This document shows positions 37,590 to 51,274 of a stretch of 63,653 nucleotides of DNA, piece after piece. Numbering within the stretch: the stretch's first letter is position 1; each line of letters starts with the position of its first letter. The position numbers were made by a program, and so were the translations under genes. The notes below the pieces were generated by a model. The model was not told where the DNA came from, did no database searches, and saw only the letters and a list, made by a program, of their open reading frames with translations. This DNA is from Chiloscyllium plagiosum (lineage: Eukaryota), in assembly GCF_004010195.1 (NCBI RefSeq), contig NC_057754.1, positions 2,667,498 through 2,731,150 on the forward strand. The letters are read 5' to 3'.

Positions 37590-38045
37590 GAAGGAGATTA
37601 CAGAGTTATGGAGGATTTTAGGGGCTGGAGGAGGTTACAGAGGTAGGGAGAGTTGCAGGACTAGACCAAATTACAGAGGTAGGGAAGGATGTAGGGTTGG
37701 GAGCAGGGTACAGGGATAGAGTGTGTCAGGGGACCTGAGGGGGTTACAGAGTCAGGAGTTGGAGTTGTTGGGGCTGGAGGTGGTTACAGAGATTGAGAGG
37801 ATTGTCAGGGCTGGAGGAAGGTACAGAGCTAGGGAGCTTTGTGGGACTGGAGGAGGTTATAGAGATAGGGAAAGTTGTAGGGGCCGGAGGAGAGTGCAGA
37901 GATAGGGAGTGTTGTGGAACTGGAGGTTACAATGGTGGAGGAATTTAGATGCTGGATGAGATTACAGAGATAGGGAGATTTGTAAGGGTTTCGGAATATT
38001 ACAGAAATAGGGAATGAAGGAGCTGGAGGAGGGTACAGAATAGGC
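37590..38045 (+). repeat. Degenerate ~30-bp purine-rich tandem repeat
   Basis: Recurring ggggctggaggaggttacagagatagggag. Confidence 0.7.
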
Positions 38046-38990
38046 AAGTACTTGAACAATATGAGAGTGAGAATTTTACATTATAAGGCAAGACGGTTAA
38101 TACAAAGAGTAAAACTGTGAAGTAAAGCTTGCCACAAATCACAATGTATTTTCCTTCCTCTTCTGAGTTGTTTTCTCGCTTGTTGCCAGGCAACAAAACA
38201 GAGTGCCACTTGGTGGTCTATCATTGGGCAGAGAGGAATCAGATTTTCTTATGCAAATTAAATCTGCTACATATAAACTTTTTTCATCCGGATGAGAGTT
38301 GCTCTGGATTATGGTTGGATCCCACCGGTGTCAGTTAGGTTGGTGTTTCCCTCACCTTTTAGCGAGGGAAGCTATTCATTCACTAGCCAGGCTCAGTCTG
38401 TTCCTCACCGAACACCTACAGCACAAGTTCCAGCAGGGTCTACAGCAACAGATGATGGAAATTTGGTGAATGAGACTTCTGAGTGAATGAATTGAATGAT
38501 CGTGAGGGGAGGTGCCCACTGTCAGCGTTACTCTTTAACCCTGGCTTACCCTGGAAGGATATGTCCTGACAGCTGAAGAGAGGTCTGGGCACAGAGAGGG
38601 TTCAGGATGTTATCTGTGTTATGAACAATCCATAGGTTCCATAATACGGTGCTAAATCGCCTTCAAGACCATCACCCAGAAGACTATAAGGGGTAGGAAC
38701 AGAAGTATGCCAATCCGTTATCGAGCATTCAATGAGATCGTAGCTGAGTTGATCATTCTCAGCTCCATCGTCCTGCCTTTTCCTCTAAGTTTTGATTCAT
38801 GGATAAATCCCTCTGTTCCATTGCTTTCTCAGATCTCTCTCCATTTAAATTAAAATTTGGTTCCTCCATTTTTCCTGAAAAGTGCATGACTTTACATTGT
38901 ATTCCATCTGGTATGTTTATGACCAGTTGCTGAACTTACTTTGATTCCTCTGCAGGCTCTTTATGTCACCCTCATAACTTGCCTTCCTAC

Positions 38991-39475
38991 TTGAAAAGCT
39001 TGAAAGGGTTCAGAAAAGATTTACAAGGATGTTGGAGGGTTTGAGCTAAAGGGAGAGGCTGAACAAGCTGGGGCTGTTTTTCCCTGGACTGTCGGAGGCT
39101 GAGGGGTGACCTTACAGAGGTTTATAAAATCATGAGGAACATGGATAGAGTAAATAGACAAAGTCTTTTCCCTGGGGAGGGGGGAGTCCAGAACTAGAGG
39201 GTATAGGTTTAGGGTGAGAGGGGAAAGATATAAAAGGGACCTAAGGGGCAACTTTTTCACACAGAGGGTGGTGCGTGTGTGGAATGAGCTGCCAGAGGAT
39301 GTGGTGGAGACTGGTACAATTACAATATTTAAAAGGCATCTGGATTAATAGGAAGGATTTAGAGGGATATGGGCCAAGTGCTGGCAAATGGGACTAGATT
39401 GGGTTGGGATATCTGGTCAGCATGGACGAGTTGGGCCGAAGGGTCTATTTCGTGCTGTACAACTCTATGACTCTA
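38991..39475 (+). mobile_element. CR1 LINE 3' fragment
   Basis: cttgaaagggttcagaaaagatttacaagg through ctctatgactcta tail. Confidence 0.9.
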
Positions 39476-39589
39476 TTATGTTGGTGTATTCTGCCACATT
39501 AGCTATTTGTGATCCCAGTTGCATTTTAATAATTACAGACTGACATCCTGAAAATGTCCCCCTTATCCCAACTCTGTGTCTTCTATTAG

Positions 39590-40550
39590 GGGATCTGGTT
39601 GTGCAAGTATATAGATCCCTCAAAGTTGCCACCCAAGTGGATAGGGTTGTTAAGAAAGCGTATGGCGTTTTGGGAGATCGAGTTTAAGAGCCGCGAGGTT
39701 TTGCTGCAGCCCTACAAGTCCCTGGTGAGACCACACTTAGAGTATTGTGTGCAGTTCTGGTCACCCTACTATAGGAAAGATACAGAGGCTTTGGAGAGGG
39801 TGCAAAGAAGGTTTACCAGGATGCTGCCTGGACTGGAGAGCTTGCCTTATGAAGAGAGGTTGACTAAGCTCGGACTTTTCTCTCTGGAGAGAAGGAGGAA
39901 GAGAGGAGACCTGATCGAGGTATACAAAATAATGAGAGGAATGGATAGAGTCAATAGGCAGAGACGTTTTCCCAAGGTAGGATTGACTGGTACGAGGAGT
40001 CATAGTTTGAAGATATTAGGAGGAAGGTATAAAGGAGACGTCAGAGGTAGGTTCTTTACGCAGAGAGTTGTGAATGTACTGCCAGTGGTGGAAGCAGAGT
40101 CGTTAGGGACATTTAGATTAGATTACTTACAGTGTGGAAACAGGCCCTTCGGCCCAACAAGTCCACACCGACCCTCCGAAGAGAAACCCACCTGGACCCA
40201 TTCCCCTCCACCTAACACTACGGGCAATTTAGCACGGCCAATTCACCTAACCTGCACATGTTTGGACTGTGGGAGGAAACCGGAGCAAACCCGCACAGAC
40301 ACAGGGAGAATGTGCAAACTCCACACAAGACAGTTGCCCGAGGTGGGAATTGAACCCGGGTCTCTGGCGCTGTGAGGCAGCAGTGCTAACCACCATGCCA
40401 CCCCTGCTAGACTGCTGGACATGCACATGGATAGCAGTGAGTTGAGGGGTGCGTAGGTTAAGTTACTATATTTTACATTAGGATTAAATCTCGGCACAAC
40501 ATCGTGGGCGAAAGGGCCTGTTCTGTGCTGTACTTTTCTATGTTCTATTA
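39590..40550 (+). mobile_element. CR1 LINE 3' fragment with nested HE1 SINE (40113-40404, -)
   Basis: LVRPHLEYCVQFWSPYYRKDTEALERVQRRFTRMLPG; CR1 resumes after the SINE and ends ttctatgttcta. Confidence 0.9.
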
Positions 40551-40939
40551 GTTAGCCAATCTTCTTTCCATGCTAATGTACTACCTCCAACAGCGTAGGC
40601 TGTTATTTTATTACGTATTATTGTGAGGTACTTATCAAACTGCCCACTGGAATCAGTTTTCACATGCCAAGGTAGTCAAATCCTTGAGTTGCCAGGAGAA
40701 CTGACAGTTAACCTTCACCTGGTCTGGCCCTGCATGTCAAAGCAGCTTACCAAGGGGTGGCTGCTGTCGTTTGCTTGGTGGGAGCTGAGTGAAGGTCAAG
40801 ACCAAAATAGGTGCCACTCCAAGATCCCATTTGTGAGAGGTGCTATCCATCCTCTACACCCCCCACAACTACGCTATATTAGTTGACATTATCAGGAATG
40901 GGGAAGCCTGGCTGACTTCTCTTCCAAATTTCCCAAAAC

Positions 40940-41370
40940 GTCAGCTGTGTCTCAGTGAACAGTATTCTTACAGTTTGCATCAGAAGGTTGTGGGTTCAGT
41001 TCGGAACCAGATTCTTGAATATGAAATTTAGCCTATCACTCCAACTGCAGGAGTGCCACAGTGTCAGTGGTACCATCCTTCAGATAATGCATTAACTCTT
41101 CTGTCCTCTCAGGTGACATTAACGGTCCCACAGCCACAATTCTAAAGTTAAACTGGGCGGTTTTACTTAATCTTAGTTGTCCATTCGCTAGCAGCCCTAC
41201 ACAAATTATCTCAACAGTGCCAAACTGCTTTATTTAGGAGTTTGCTGAGTGCAAATATGATCGCTGGGTTTCCTTTGTTACAATAGTGACTGCACAAAAA
41301 GTGTGTTTCTGGTTGTAAAATACTTTGGACGTCTTGATGCCATGCAAGTCATTATATAAATGCAACTCTA
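40940..41370 (+). mobile_element. SacSINE1/Deu-domain SINE
   Basis: tRNA-like head (cagaaggttgtgggttc), core ctctcaggtg, tail tttggacgtcttga...tatataaatgcaa. Confidence 0.6.
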
Positions 41371-42149
41371 CCTTGTTGTCAAATGTGTTGAATGCCACCA
41401 GTGCAAGAACCATCAGACTAAACGTGGTCCATTTGTGTTAGTTCTTCATGGGTTGGTGCATCTGCCAACTCAGCTTTTGAATGAGCACCAGAAAACGCTG
41501 AACAAAAGTCACAGTATGGACCGGAAATCTGAAACAAAGGAACAAAAAACGTTGGAACGCTCAGCAGCTCAGGTAATATCTGTCAGGGAAACGCAAGTTA
41601 GAAGGAACAGGAAGGTGCTCGTTCAGCCACATTGAACCTGTTCTGTCATTCAGTAAGATCATGGCAGATCTACGTATTAACTGCATCCACCCACCTTGAA
41701 ACCACAATCCTTAAGCCCCTGATTCATTGAAAACCAACTATCTCAGTTTTGAAATTTTCAATTGACCCTCATCCTTGACAGCTTTTTGCAGAAATAGTTC
41801 CAGATTTTCTGAGATGTGCTCTTGACATCACTTAAATGGGCTAATTCTAATTTAAAGGCCATGTCTCCTTAGTTAAGGGTATGAGTCACCCTTAACCCCC
41901 TCCCAGAAGAAACCATTTAATCTTATCATACCCTTCAATTCTTTTAGCCATCTTGAACATCCCAGTTAGATTGTCCGTTAATTTTCTGGAGTTTGCAAGA
42001 TGCAAGTCTAGTCTATACAATAAAAGCAAAATACTGCTGATGCTGGAGATCTGAAATAAATACAGAAAGCACTGGAGAAACTCAGCAGATCTGGCAGCAT
42101 CTGTGGAGAAAGAAAGAGTTAATGTTTTGCATCAGCACAAGTGAGTGCA

Positions 42150-43265
42150 CCACTGTTAGCCACGGGTGAGGTCTCGGAATACTGGAGGGTAGTGAATATT
42201 GTGCCCTTATTCAAGAAGGGCCGCAAAGAAAAAAACTGGGAAATATAGACCAGTACACCTGACACCTGTGGTAGGTAAGTTACTTGAGAAGATTCTGAGA
42301 GATAAGATATACATGCACTTGGTAAGACAGGGTTTGATTAGGAGTAGTCAGCATGACTTTGTGCGTGGGAGATCGTGCCTCACAGATTTGTTGGAGTTCT
42401 TTGATGGAGTGACCAGGCAGGTTGATGAGGGCAGGGCAGTAGACATACTCTATATGGATTTCAGTAAGGCCTTTGGTAAGGTTCCACATGGTAGGTTGCT
42501 CTGTAAGATTAGATCACATGGAACCCAGGGGGAAATGGCAAATCAATAAATAATTGGCTTGATGGTAGGAAGTAATGGTGGAAGGATGCTTGTTGGACTG
42601 GAGGCTTGTGATTACTGGTGTGCCTCAGGAGTCAGTGCTGGGCCCATTACCATTTGTCATCCAAATCAATGATTACACGAAAATAGGCGGTATCGTGGAC
42701 AGTGAGGAAGGTTGTCAGCAATTGCAGCAGCACCTTGATCAGCTGGGGAAGTGGGCCGAGAGATGGCAAATGGAGTTTAATACAGACAAGTGCGAGGTCT
42801 TGCATTTTGGAAAGTCAACTCAAGGTAGGATCATGGTGAATGGTAGACCCTTGAGGGCGTGTAGTGGAACTGAGGAATCTTGGAGTGCAAGTGCATGGTC
42901 CTCCGAAAGTGTAGTCATGAGAGGCTCGGATAGGGTGAATGCCACCGGTCTATTTCCCAGGGTTGGGGAATCGAGGATGAGAGGGCATCAGTTTAAGGTT
43001 AAAGGGGAAAGAATAAAAGGGAATCTGAGGGGCGACTTTTTTATACAAAGAGTGACACCCATATGGAATGATTTGCCAGTGGAAGTGGTTGTGGTGGGCA
43101 CATAAACAACATCTAAAAGACATTTGGACAAATATATGGATAGGAAAGGTTTAGAAAGATATGGGCCAAGTGCAGGGAAATGGGATGATCGTGGATGGAC
43201 ATTTTGGTCAGCATGGATCAGTTTGGGCCGAAGGACGATCTCTGTGCTATAGGAACCTTAAGTCT
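42150..43265 (+). mobile_element. CR1 LINE RT remnant
   Basis: YRPVHLTPVVGKLLE, YMDFSKAFGKVPH, GVPQESVLGP, WQMEFNTDKCEVLHFG; internal deletions. Confidence 0.9.
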
Positions 43266-44029
43266 ATGCAACAGGTCTGCAAAATGTAATCTTTTTAGCC
43301 CAGATATCATTCTGGTGAACCTGCACTGCAAGGCCAATATATCTTCTTGAGGTGAGGCAACAGTTTAATGTTGCCTCAGAATACCAGATAGTAATGGGTA
43401 ATCATGTGAACAGGCTTAATTGACTGTTAAGACATCCACATAGTTTGGTGTCTGTGCTATTTTAATGCAGTTGTGCAACCTGTTAAACAATGATTTTGGC
43501 ATCCGATGATACAGATTCCACAGGTGAGGTTACGTTTCTTCCATTTTGTAAGTTTTTTTTTAGTTTACTCTGTCAGTGATCCCAGTTCCTTTCCCATCTT
43601 GGGCAGGAGACTATGTCTGAACCCTACTCTTTGGTGACCTTCTAAGTTTTGAGTAATCGGGGGATTCAACAAGGACAATTCTGCTTCTTGGTTCAGCGCC
43701 AAGTGTATCTTGCTGAGGGAAGGGATAAATATAGCTGACAAAACACATTTTGTTGAAGATTTTGTCTTGCACTCTACAGGACAGTTCACAAAAATACCAA
43801 TGGCTTCCAAATAAACCTGTTGGACTATAACCTGAAGTTGTGTGATTTTTAACTTTGTCCAACACCGGCGTCTCCAAATAATGGAAAAGGGAGCAACATC
43901 TTTGTTCTGTATGAGAAAAGCATGCTGATTGGTTGTCACAGGGACTCTTGATTGTCAGAGGCACATGGGGAGAGCTCACAGGACAATGCTTCTACCATTC
44001 AGAGGAGAGATGTAGCATTTCTGCAGCAA

Positions 44030-44320
44030 TTTTCACAACCTCCGAATGTCTTAAAGTGCTTTTCATGAAATCTGTTTTTAAGTGTAGCCTTTGTTGCAAC
44101 TTCGGCAACAAATCAGCTTTCTTGTGCATGGGAGGATCCCACAACTGGCAATATGATAATTGACCAGATAACCTCTGTTAGTAATGTTAATAGAAGGATG
44201 AATGTTTGCCAAGATTTCCTGCTCTCCGTCAAGAATATGCCACTTAAACGGGCAGATGGGGCCTCAGTTTGACATCTCATCTGAAAGATGGCAACTTGGA
44301 AGTGTAGCTTCCTCTCAGCT
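44030..44320 (-). mobile_element. SacSINE1/Deu-domain SINE remnant
   Basis: ggcagatggggcctcagtttgacatctcatctgaaagatggca is the reverse of the Deu core. Similar remnants at 21940-22085, 34420-34670, 50960-51275, 55830-56200, 63200-63300. Confidence 0.6.
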
Positions 44321-46447
44321 GGTACCTTGGGCATCTTAAGGTAATGTTAAATAAATGCAACTCTGTCTTTCTATTAAATATGTTGAATGCCAACAGTGGT
44401 ACCTCCCAACTGCGAGACTGGTTAAAATTAGCACAGACTCATCAGACCGAATGTGGTACTTGATTACTCAACCATGATCCCTTGGGTTTGCAAGGTGTTC
44501 TGGGTGGATTGGCCCCTCTCACAAATGGCATCTGGTTTAGTCTTAACCTTCTCTTAGCTGTCACATGCAGCTCCATGTACAACAGTGGCCACCCCTCAGT
44601 ACATTTGCCGGTTCCTTGTGATCAGAGGGGTGATTTTAGGGACTGCTCAACAGCCGGTGTGACCTAGAGAGATGTGGCAAATCAGGAAGTAGTGATTTAT
44701 TGGAGTTTAGAACAGGAGAACTGTTGATCGAGAGGGTAGTCTGGGGTTAACTCAGCCACACCCAGCAGTGAACAATTTCAGTGGCAGCTTCAAGGCCGCA
44801 GGTGCTGCTTCACAGAGCAGTGTCTGAGGTAACGCCAAGTCAAATAGACAGCGTTAGTCAAGTCTGGTACCTCCTCTGTCTCTTTCTCGCATGCTTCGGT
44901 ATATGGATCAGTAAATCTGTTAATATGCACTGAGTCACACATTTTCATTTCTTCCCACCATAAGAAAAGTCTTGCATTTGGGCTAGAAAATGCTTAGAAA
45001 AAAACCACAAGCGGGTTGAGTTCCATCACTCTCCACAGATGCTGCCTAACCAGCTGATCAGCTGTTTATATGCCCTGAGGCGTTTGAGCTAGATGTTCAA
45101 GCTGACGGATCCAGAGGCGCAAGTATTCATTCTGACTTTGACACCAGATCTAGTTTCTATCCAGTGCATTGTAGAATAGGAGCCTGCGTATTAATGAGGT
45201 GAAATTCAAGTGTTAGTACGGGTGATAATGAGCAAAAAATCCCCATGAATAGACACCTCACTTCTAGTGGGAATCTTGTCTTTTCGTCTGAAACTCTGTT
45301 GGAAAATGTGACTTGTTGTTCCCGACGTTGAGAAAGGGTTTGCCCAACGTCTCTCGTGATTAGTTTCCTTTCCCACTTTGTGTTGCGTTGCTGGCTGGTG
45401 AGCATTTATTACAACGTCCCAGTTGCCCTTGAGAAAGTGGGGGTGAGCTGCCTCCCTGAACCTCTGCATTCTACCTGCTGTGGCTTGACCCACAATTCCA
45501 TTCGGGAGGGAATTCCAGGATTTTGACCCAGATGATTCTCCCAGATCTCTCGCCATCGCCCACAGACCCCGTAGGTTTCTACCCTGGGCTGAATTTGGAC
45601 CGCGACTCAAAACAAAAACTCACTAAGCCCCGTCCAGAGCGACCCACTGTGAAACATGAAGTGACACTTTAACCAAAATAAGGTAAAGTGAACGGCCTCT
45701 TTGTGTGTCACAAAGTTTCCATGCTTTCTACACACTGGATTCTCAGTACTGTTCTGGATCATTTCAAACCTGAACCTGAGTAATTTATTGAACCATTGCG
45801 TAGGTTCACCACCCCAAGCTTTGTTCAGCTCACACCTCTAGTTTCTTGCTGATGGCTTAAATTTGTATCTTTCCTGACCATTATTGTGAAGGAACAGGTC
45901 ATGTCCTGTGGCACCCGTCACTCCTTTTCCTAACCAATAAAAATTAGTTCAATTGCATGAGGCTGTTTTCATAAGTTGATCTCCCAAGGCCAGATTCACC
46001 CTGAGCCCCTTCATCATTTGACAATTTCTAACTAATCTGTATTCTTTGTTGATCAAAGCCAGACTCCAGAAATGTCTTCACTATTTAATCTGGACCATTT
46101 CTGTTTTGTCATGCCCTCCCACCACATCCACTTGGTCTTATTAATAGCAACTCCACGCAGATACCCACAGCCTCAGTCTGATCAATGATCGCACCTAAAT
46201 CCATTACTTATAGAAGTCTTGCATGCTCCACTAATATTTACTGTTGCCTTCACCACATTAAATGCCATCCATCATACCTGACAAGCATCATTCGCCCAAA
46301 TCTCAGAAGATGCCCATTTGATCTACTTGGCACCTGTGCCCACAGTTCACCCATGAATATACTGGCATTACTGTCAAACTGTCTCATATCATTAGCAATT
46401 CACAGTGTGTTTGTTAAAAGGATACATTTGACTACGTCATAAGTTAA

Positions 46448-47210
46448 TGTGGCACAGTGGCTCAGTGGTTAATACTGGTGCTTCATAGCGCCAGGGACCC
46501 AGGTTCAACTCCATCCTTGAGGCAACCACCTGTGAGGAGTTTGCACAGCCTCCCTGTGTCTGTGTGAGATTCCTTGGGTGCTCTGGTTTCCTCACACAGT
46601 CCAAAGATGTGCAGGCTAAGTGAATTGGACACGCTAAATTGTCCCAAATTGTGCAGGTTTGGTGATTGGCCATGGTAAATGCTGGGATAGGGTAGAGGGA
46701 TTAGAACACAGAACATAGAACAATACAGGCCCTTTGGCCCTCAATGTTGCGCCGACCTGTGAACTATTCTCAGCTCGTCCCCCTACACTATCCCATCATC
46801 ATCCATGTGCTTATCTAAGGATTGTTTAAATCTCCCTAATGCGGCTGAGTTGACTACATTAGCAGGTAGGGCATTCCACACCCTTACCACTCTCTGTGTA
46901 AAGAACCTGCCTCTGACATCTGTCTTAAATCTATCACCCCTCAATTTGTAGTTATGCCCCCTCGTACAAGCTGATCTCATCATCCGAGGAAAAATACTTT
47001 TACTGTCTACCCTATGTAATCCTCTGATCATCTTGTATGTCTCTATCAAATCCCCCCTGGACTATAACCTGGTGTTGTGTGATTTTTAACTTTGTATACC
47101 CCAGTCCAACACCGGCCTCTCCAAACCTCTGGTTTGAGTGGTATGCTCTTCAGAGGGTTGGTGTGAACTCAATCAGCTGAATGGTTTGTTTCCACACTGT
47201 AGGGATTCTA
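46448..47210 (+). mobile_element. HE1 SINE interrupted by a CR1 fragment (46702-47058, -) and a PLE family-2 end (47058-47125)
   Basis: SINE head/core to ~46700; CR1 peptide IETYKMIRG...FFTQRVVRVWNALP; SINE tail at 47130-47210. Confidence 0.8.
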
Positions 47211-47497
47211 TTTTTAAGAAAAAACATACACTGTATATCATCACAGAAAGTGGTGCAATATCATATGACCTTGCTTTCTCTCGCAGCTTTGTGGCAAGAT
47301 GAAGCCACTGTAAGATATTTCTTAAACAAAGTTAATACTTTCCTTAGCTCAGCTGACTCTGTAACTATTTGTTTGCATCAAGATCAAAAATACTATATAC
47401 ATGTAATATGTAAATAAATTAATTATTGTGAAAGCCCATTGGTTAATGTCTTCCCCAGGTAGAACTATTTTCATTCATCACTTCAGTTTAGCCAACG

Positions 47498-47784
47498 AGA
47501 GTGAATGAGTGAGTATATGTGTGAGAGTGTGTGTGTGAGAGTGTGCGCACGCGTGTGAGTGTATGTAAGTGAGTGTGTGTGTAAAAGTGAGTGTGTGTGT
47601 GAGAGTGTGTCCATGTGTGTGATTGTGTGTGTGTGTGTGAGTGAGTGAGTGTGTGTATGAGTGGATGTGTATGAGTGTGTGAGGGTGTGTATGTGTCTGT
47701 GTGAGTGAGTGAGTGTGTGCATGAGTGGATGTGTATGAGTGCGTGAGGGTGTGTATGTGAGTGAGTCAGTGAGTGTGTGTGTGT
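47498..47784. repeat. (GT)n/(GTGA)n degenerate microsatellite
   Basis: Direct inspection. Confidence 0.9.
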
Positions 47785-48479
47785 CTCCTCAATGTGGGTA
47801 ATGAGTGATGACACTGTTAAAACTGGCCTTCCTCTGGGTTTCGGCTGTAGCTTTGCTCTTGCCCACAACAACATCCTGCCTTCCGAACAGGCAAAACAGC
47901 AATTCACAGAATTCCTTCGCGGTGCCGGTGGGTGTATTTGACAGGGGAGTGGAAGTTGTGTATCAAGATTAGGAGTTCCTCACCTGGTGGGAGTCGGGAG
48001 TGGGTTGTAAAATCTGGGGAAACAATACAAAGTAGGGAAACAAGGAAGATCCCCAACCCAGCTTAAGAGAGCTGTGTTTGCACACAAAGGCCAAGATAGG
48101 TTGGGCCCACACCCTCAAGACAGCATGAATGGAAAGATCCCACAGAATCTATTGGAAGAAGGGAGTGGAGGACAGTTATTCTCCAAACATTTACTTCCTT
48201 CAGCTAGCATCACTAAAAAGGGACAGGCGATCCAGTTGCTGTCCTTGGCAGCTTGCTGTGCCCCAGTTGACTGCAGTGTTTCCAACTGACAACTGCAAGT
48301 GGCATCTTCAACGCTCAGCGGGGGAAGAAAGTTACTTCATTGCCCTGAAGGGTTTAACAATAAAAAAGGCCAGTGGAACTTGCACTTGGCGTGTGCCAGA
48401 CAGATCCGTAAGGAGTAGGAGCAGGCCATTCCGTCCCTTGAGCCTGCTCTGCCATTCGATGGCTGATCTGACCTTCCTG

Positions 48480-49445
48480 AGAGTAGCAAGGACATGGAAT
48501 GCCCTGCCTGCAACCTGATCAGGTGTACCTGAGAACTCTGTGGGAAGCCAGAGAAGTGATTGCTGGGCCCCTTACTGAGATATTTGTATCATCGATAGTC
48601 ACGGGTGAGGTGCCGGAAGACTGGAGGTTGGCTAACGTGGTGTCACTGTTTAAGGAAGATGGTAAGGAAAAGCCAAGGAACTATAGACCGGTGAGCCTGA
48701 CCTCAGTGTTGGACAAGTTGTTGGAGGGAATCCCGAGGAACAGGATTTACATGTATTTGGAAAGGCAAGGACTGATTAGGGATAGTCAACATGGCTTTGT
48801 GTATGGGAGAAAATGCCTCATGAGCTTGATTGGGTTTTTTGATGAAGTAACAAAGAGGATTGATGAGGGCAGAGCGGTGGACATGATCTATATGGTCTTC
48901 AGTAAGGTGTTTGACAAGGTTCCCCATGGGAGACTGGCTGGCAAGGTTAGATCTCTTGGAATACAGGGAGAACTAACCATTTGGATACAGAAATCAGATG
49001 GTGATGGAGGGTTGTTTTTCAGACTGGAGGCCTGTGGCCAGTGGAGTGCCACAAGGATCGGTGCTAGGTCAACTACTTTTCATCATTTACATAAATGATT
49101 TGGATGTGAACACAAGAGGTTTAGTTAGTAGATTTGCAGGTGTAGTGGATAGCGAAGACAGTGACCTCAGATTGCAACATGATCTTGACCAGATGGGCCA
49201 ATGAACTGAGAAGTGGCAGATGGTGTTTAATTCAGATAAATGTGAGGTGCTGCATTTTGGGAAAGCAAATCTTAGCAGGACTTATGCACTTAATGGTTAG
49301 GACCTAGGGAGTGTTGCTGAACAAAGAGACCTTGGAGTGCAGGTTCATAGCTCCTTGAAATTAGAGTCGCAGGTAGATAGGATAGTGAAGAAGGCATTTG
49401 GTATGCTTTCTTTTATTGGTCAGAGTACTGAGTACAGGAGTTGAA
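48480..49445 (+). mobile_element. CR1 LINE RT remnant
   Basis: [52 protein letters not shown]. Confidence 0.9.
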
Positions 49446-50300
49446 GAGTGTGGTGCTGGAAAAGCCGGTGAGGTAGCATCTGAGGAGCAGGCGAATCAAC
49501 ATTTTGAGCATAAGCCCTTAATCACGAATGAGACTTGTGGGCCTGGGGGGGGTTTGAGAGACAAATGGGAGGGAGGAAGGTAACTGAGAATGCGATGGGT
49601 AGATGAAGCTGGGGGAGAAGGTGATAGGTTGGAGAGCAGGATAGAGCAGATAGATGGGAAAGGCGATAGACAGGTCAAGAGGGCGGTGCCAAGTTTGAGG
49701 CTTGGGACTGGGATAATGTGGGGGAAGGGAACTGAGGAAACTGGGGGCGAGATTCACATTAATCCCGTGTGGTTGCAGGGTCCCAACGCGGAAGCTGGGG
49801 GCTCTTCCTCCGGGTGTCGGGTGGCTCGGGTTTGACGATGCAGGAGGCCCAGGACCTGCATGTCCATGGCGGAGTGGGAGGGGGAGTTGAAGTGTTCAGC
49901 CATGGGGGGTGGGGTGGGGTTGGTTGATGCGGTGTCCTCTGAAACGATTTATCCACGATGTAGAGGAGACCACATTGGGTGCAACGGAGACAGTGGGTGA
50001 CATTGGTGGAGGTGCAGGTAAACTTCTGCTGGATGTGGAAGGATCTCTTGGGGCCGTGGATGGAGGTGAGGGGAGAGTGTGGGCACAGGCTTTCCACTAC
50101 CTGTGGTGGCAGGGGAAAGCGTCAGGAGTGGGGTATGGGCTGGTTGGGGGTGGGGGTGGGGGCGTGGATCTGATGAGGGAGTCGCGGAGGGAATGGTCTC
50201 TCTGGAACACTGATTGGAGCGGGGAGGGAAATATATCCCAAGTAGTGGGGTCTGTTTGTAGGTGGCAGAAGCAGCAAAGGATGATGCGATGTATACGGAG
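49445..50300 (-). mobile_element. Degenerate Penelope-like element (linker + GIY-YIG endonuclease + 3' end)
   Basis: FTCTSTNVTHCLRCTQCGLLYI (GIY-YIG with CxxC); homologous to 24835-25512. Confidence 0.75.
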
Positions 50301-50576
50301 CTTGCCTCTTTTAATCTGCCTCTGGTCAATAGTTTCATCTCTCTCAGTCAGGCAGTTGTATGTTCAAGTCAACTTCAGGGTGTCAGGCCTCAAGAGAAGC
50401 TGATATTTCAGTGCATTGTTCAAGGAGTGCTGCACTGTGGTCAATCCAACCAGACCCAGGCTGTATTTGCCTGTGCAGTCCAGTGGATGTTAAAGGTCCC
50501 ATGGCACTTACGTTTTCAGAGTCAGGAGGCTCTGGGTTCAAATCCCACTCGTGAAAAACAAACACCAAAAGTTCAA

Positions 50577-50958
50577 GCTGACCTTATAGAGGTTTATAAA
50601 ATCATGAGGGACGTGGATAGGATAAATAGACAAGGTCTTTTCCCTGGGGTCGTGAGAGTCCAGAACTAGAGGGCATCGGTTTAGGGTGAGAGGGGAAAGA
50701 TACAAAAGAGACCTAAGGGGCAACTTTTTCAACACAGAGGGTGGTACGTGTATGGAATGAGCTGCCAGAGGAAGTGGTGGAGGCTGGTACAATGACAACA
50801 TTTAAGAGGCATTTGGATGGGTATATGAATAGGAAGGGTTTGGAGGGATATGGGCCGGGTGCTGGCAGGTGGGAGTAGATTGGGTTGGAATATCTGGTCG
50901 GCATGGACGGGTTAGACTGAAGGGTCTGTTTCTGTGCTGTACATCTCTATGACTCTCT
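50577..50958 (+). mobile_element. CR1 LINE 3' fragment
   Basis: DLIEVYKIMR.. through ctctatgactct tail. Confidence 0.9.
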
Positions 50959-51274
50959 GACCCTCTGAGTGCCAGTGAGGAGGGAATTGTATTGTCAGAG
51001 GCAATGTGATGTTATACTGAGACTCTGATGTCCTCTCAGGTGGATGCAGTAGGTCTCACGGCCATAAAGAGCTCTCCTTAGCATCCTGAGTATTACCTGC
51101 CACAATTGTGGCTTGCTTTGTGACAATCACATTGCTGTTTGGGGGATATTGCTGTGCACCGAATGGATGTCATATTTCAACTGTGACAGTGCTCTCAATT
51201 GAATAGGCTATCGGGTGTGAAGCGTTTTGAGATGTCTAACAGCCATGAAAGGTCACCCTAGAAAGACATGTTCT

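Noticed and set aside
39599..40375. 258-aa ORF as a host gene
   Set aside because: Chimera of CR1 ORF2 C-terminus and an antisense HE1 SINE.
47483..47907. His/Thr-rich ORFs
   Set aside because: Translation of a (CA)n microsatellite.
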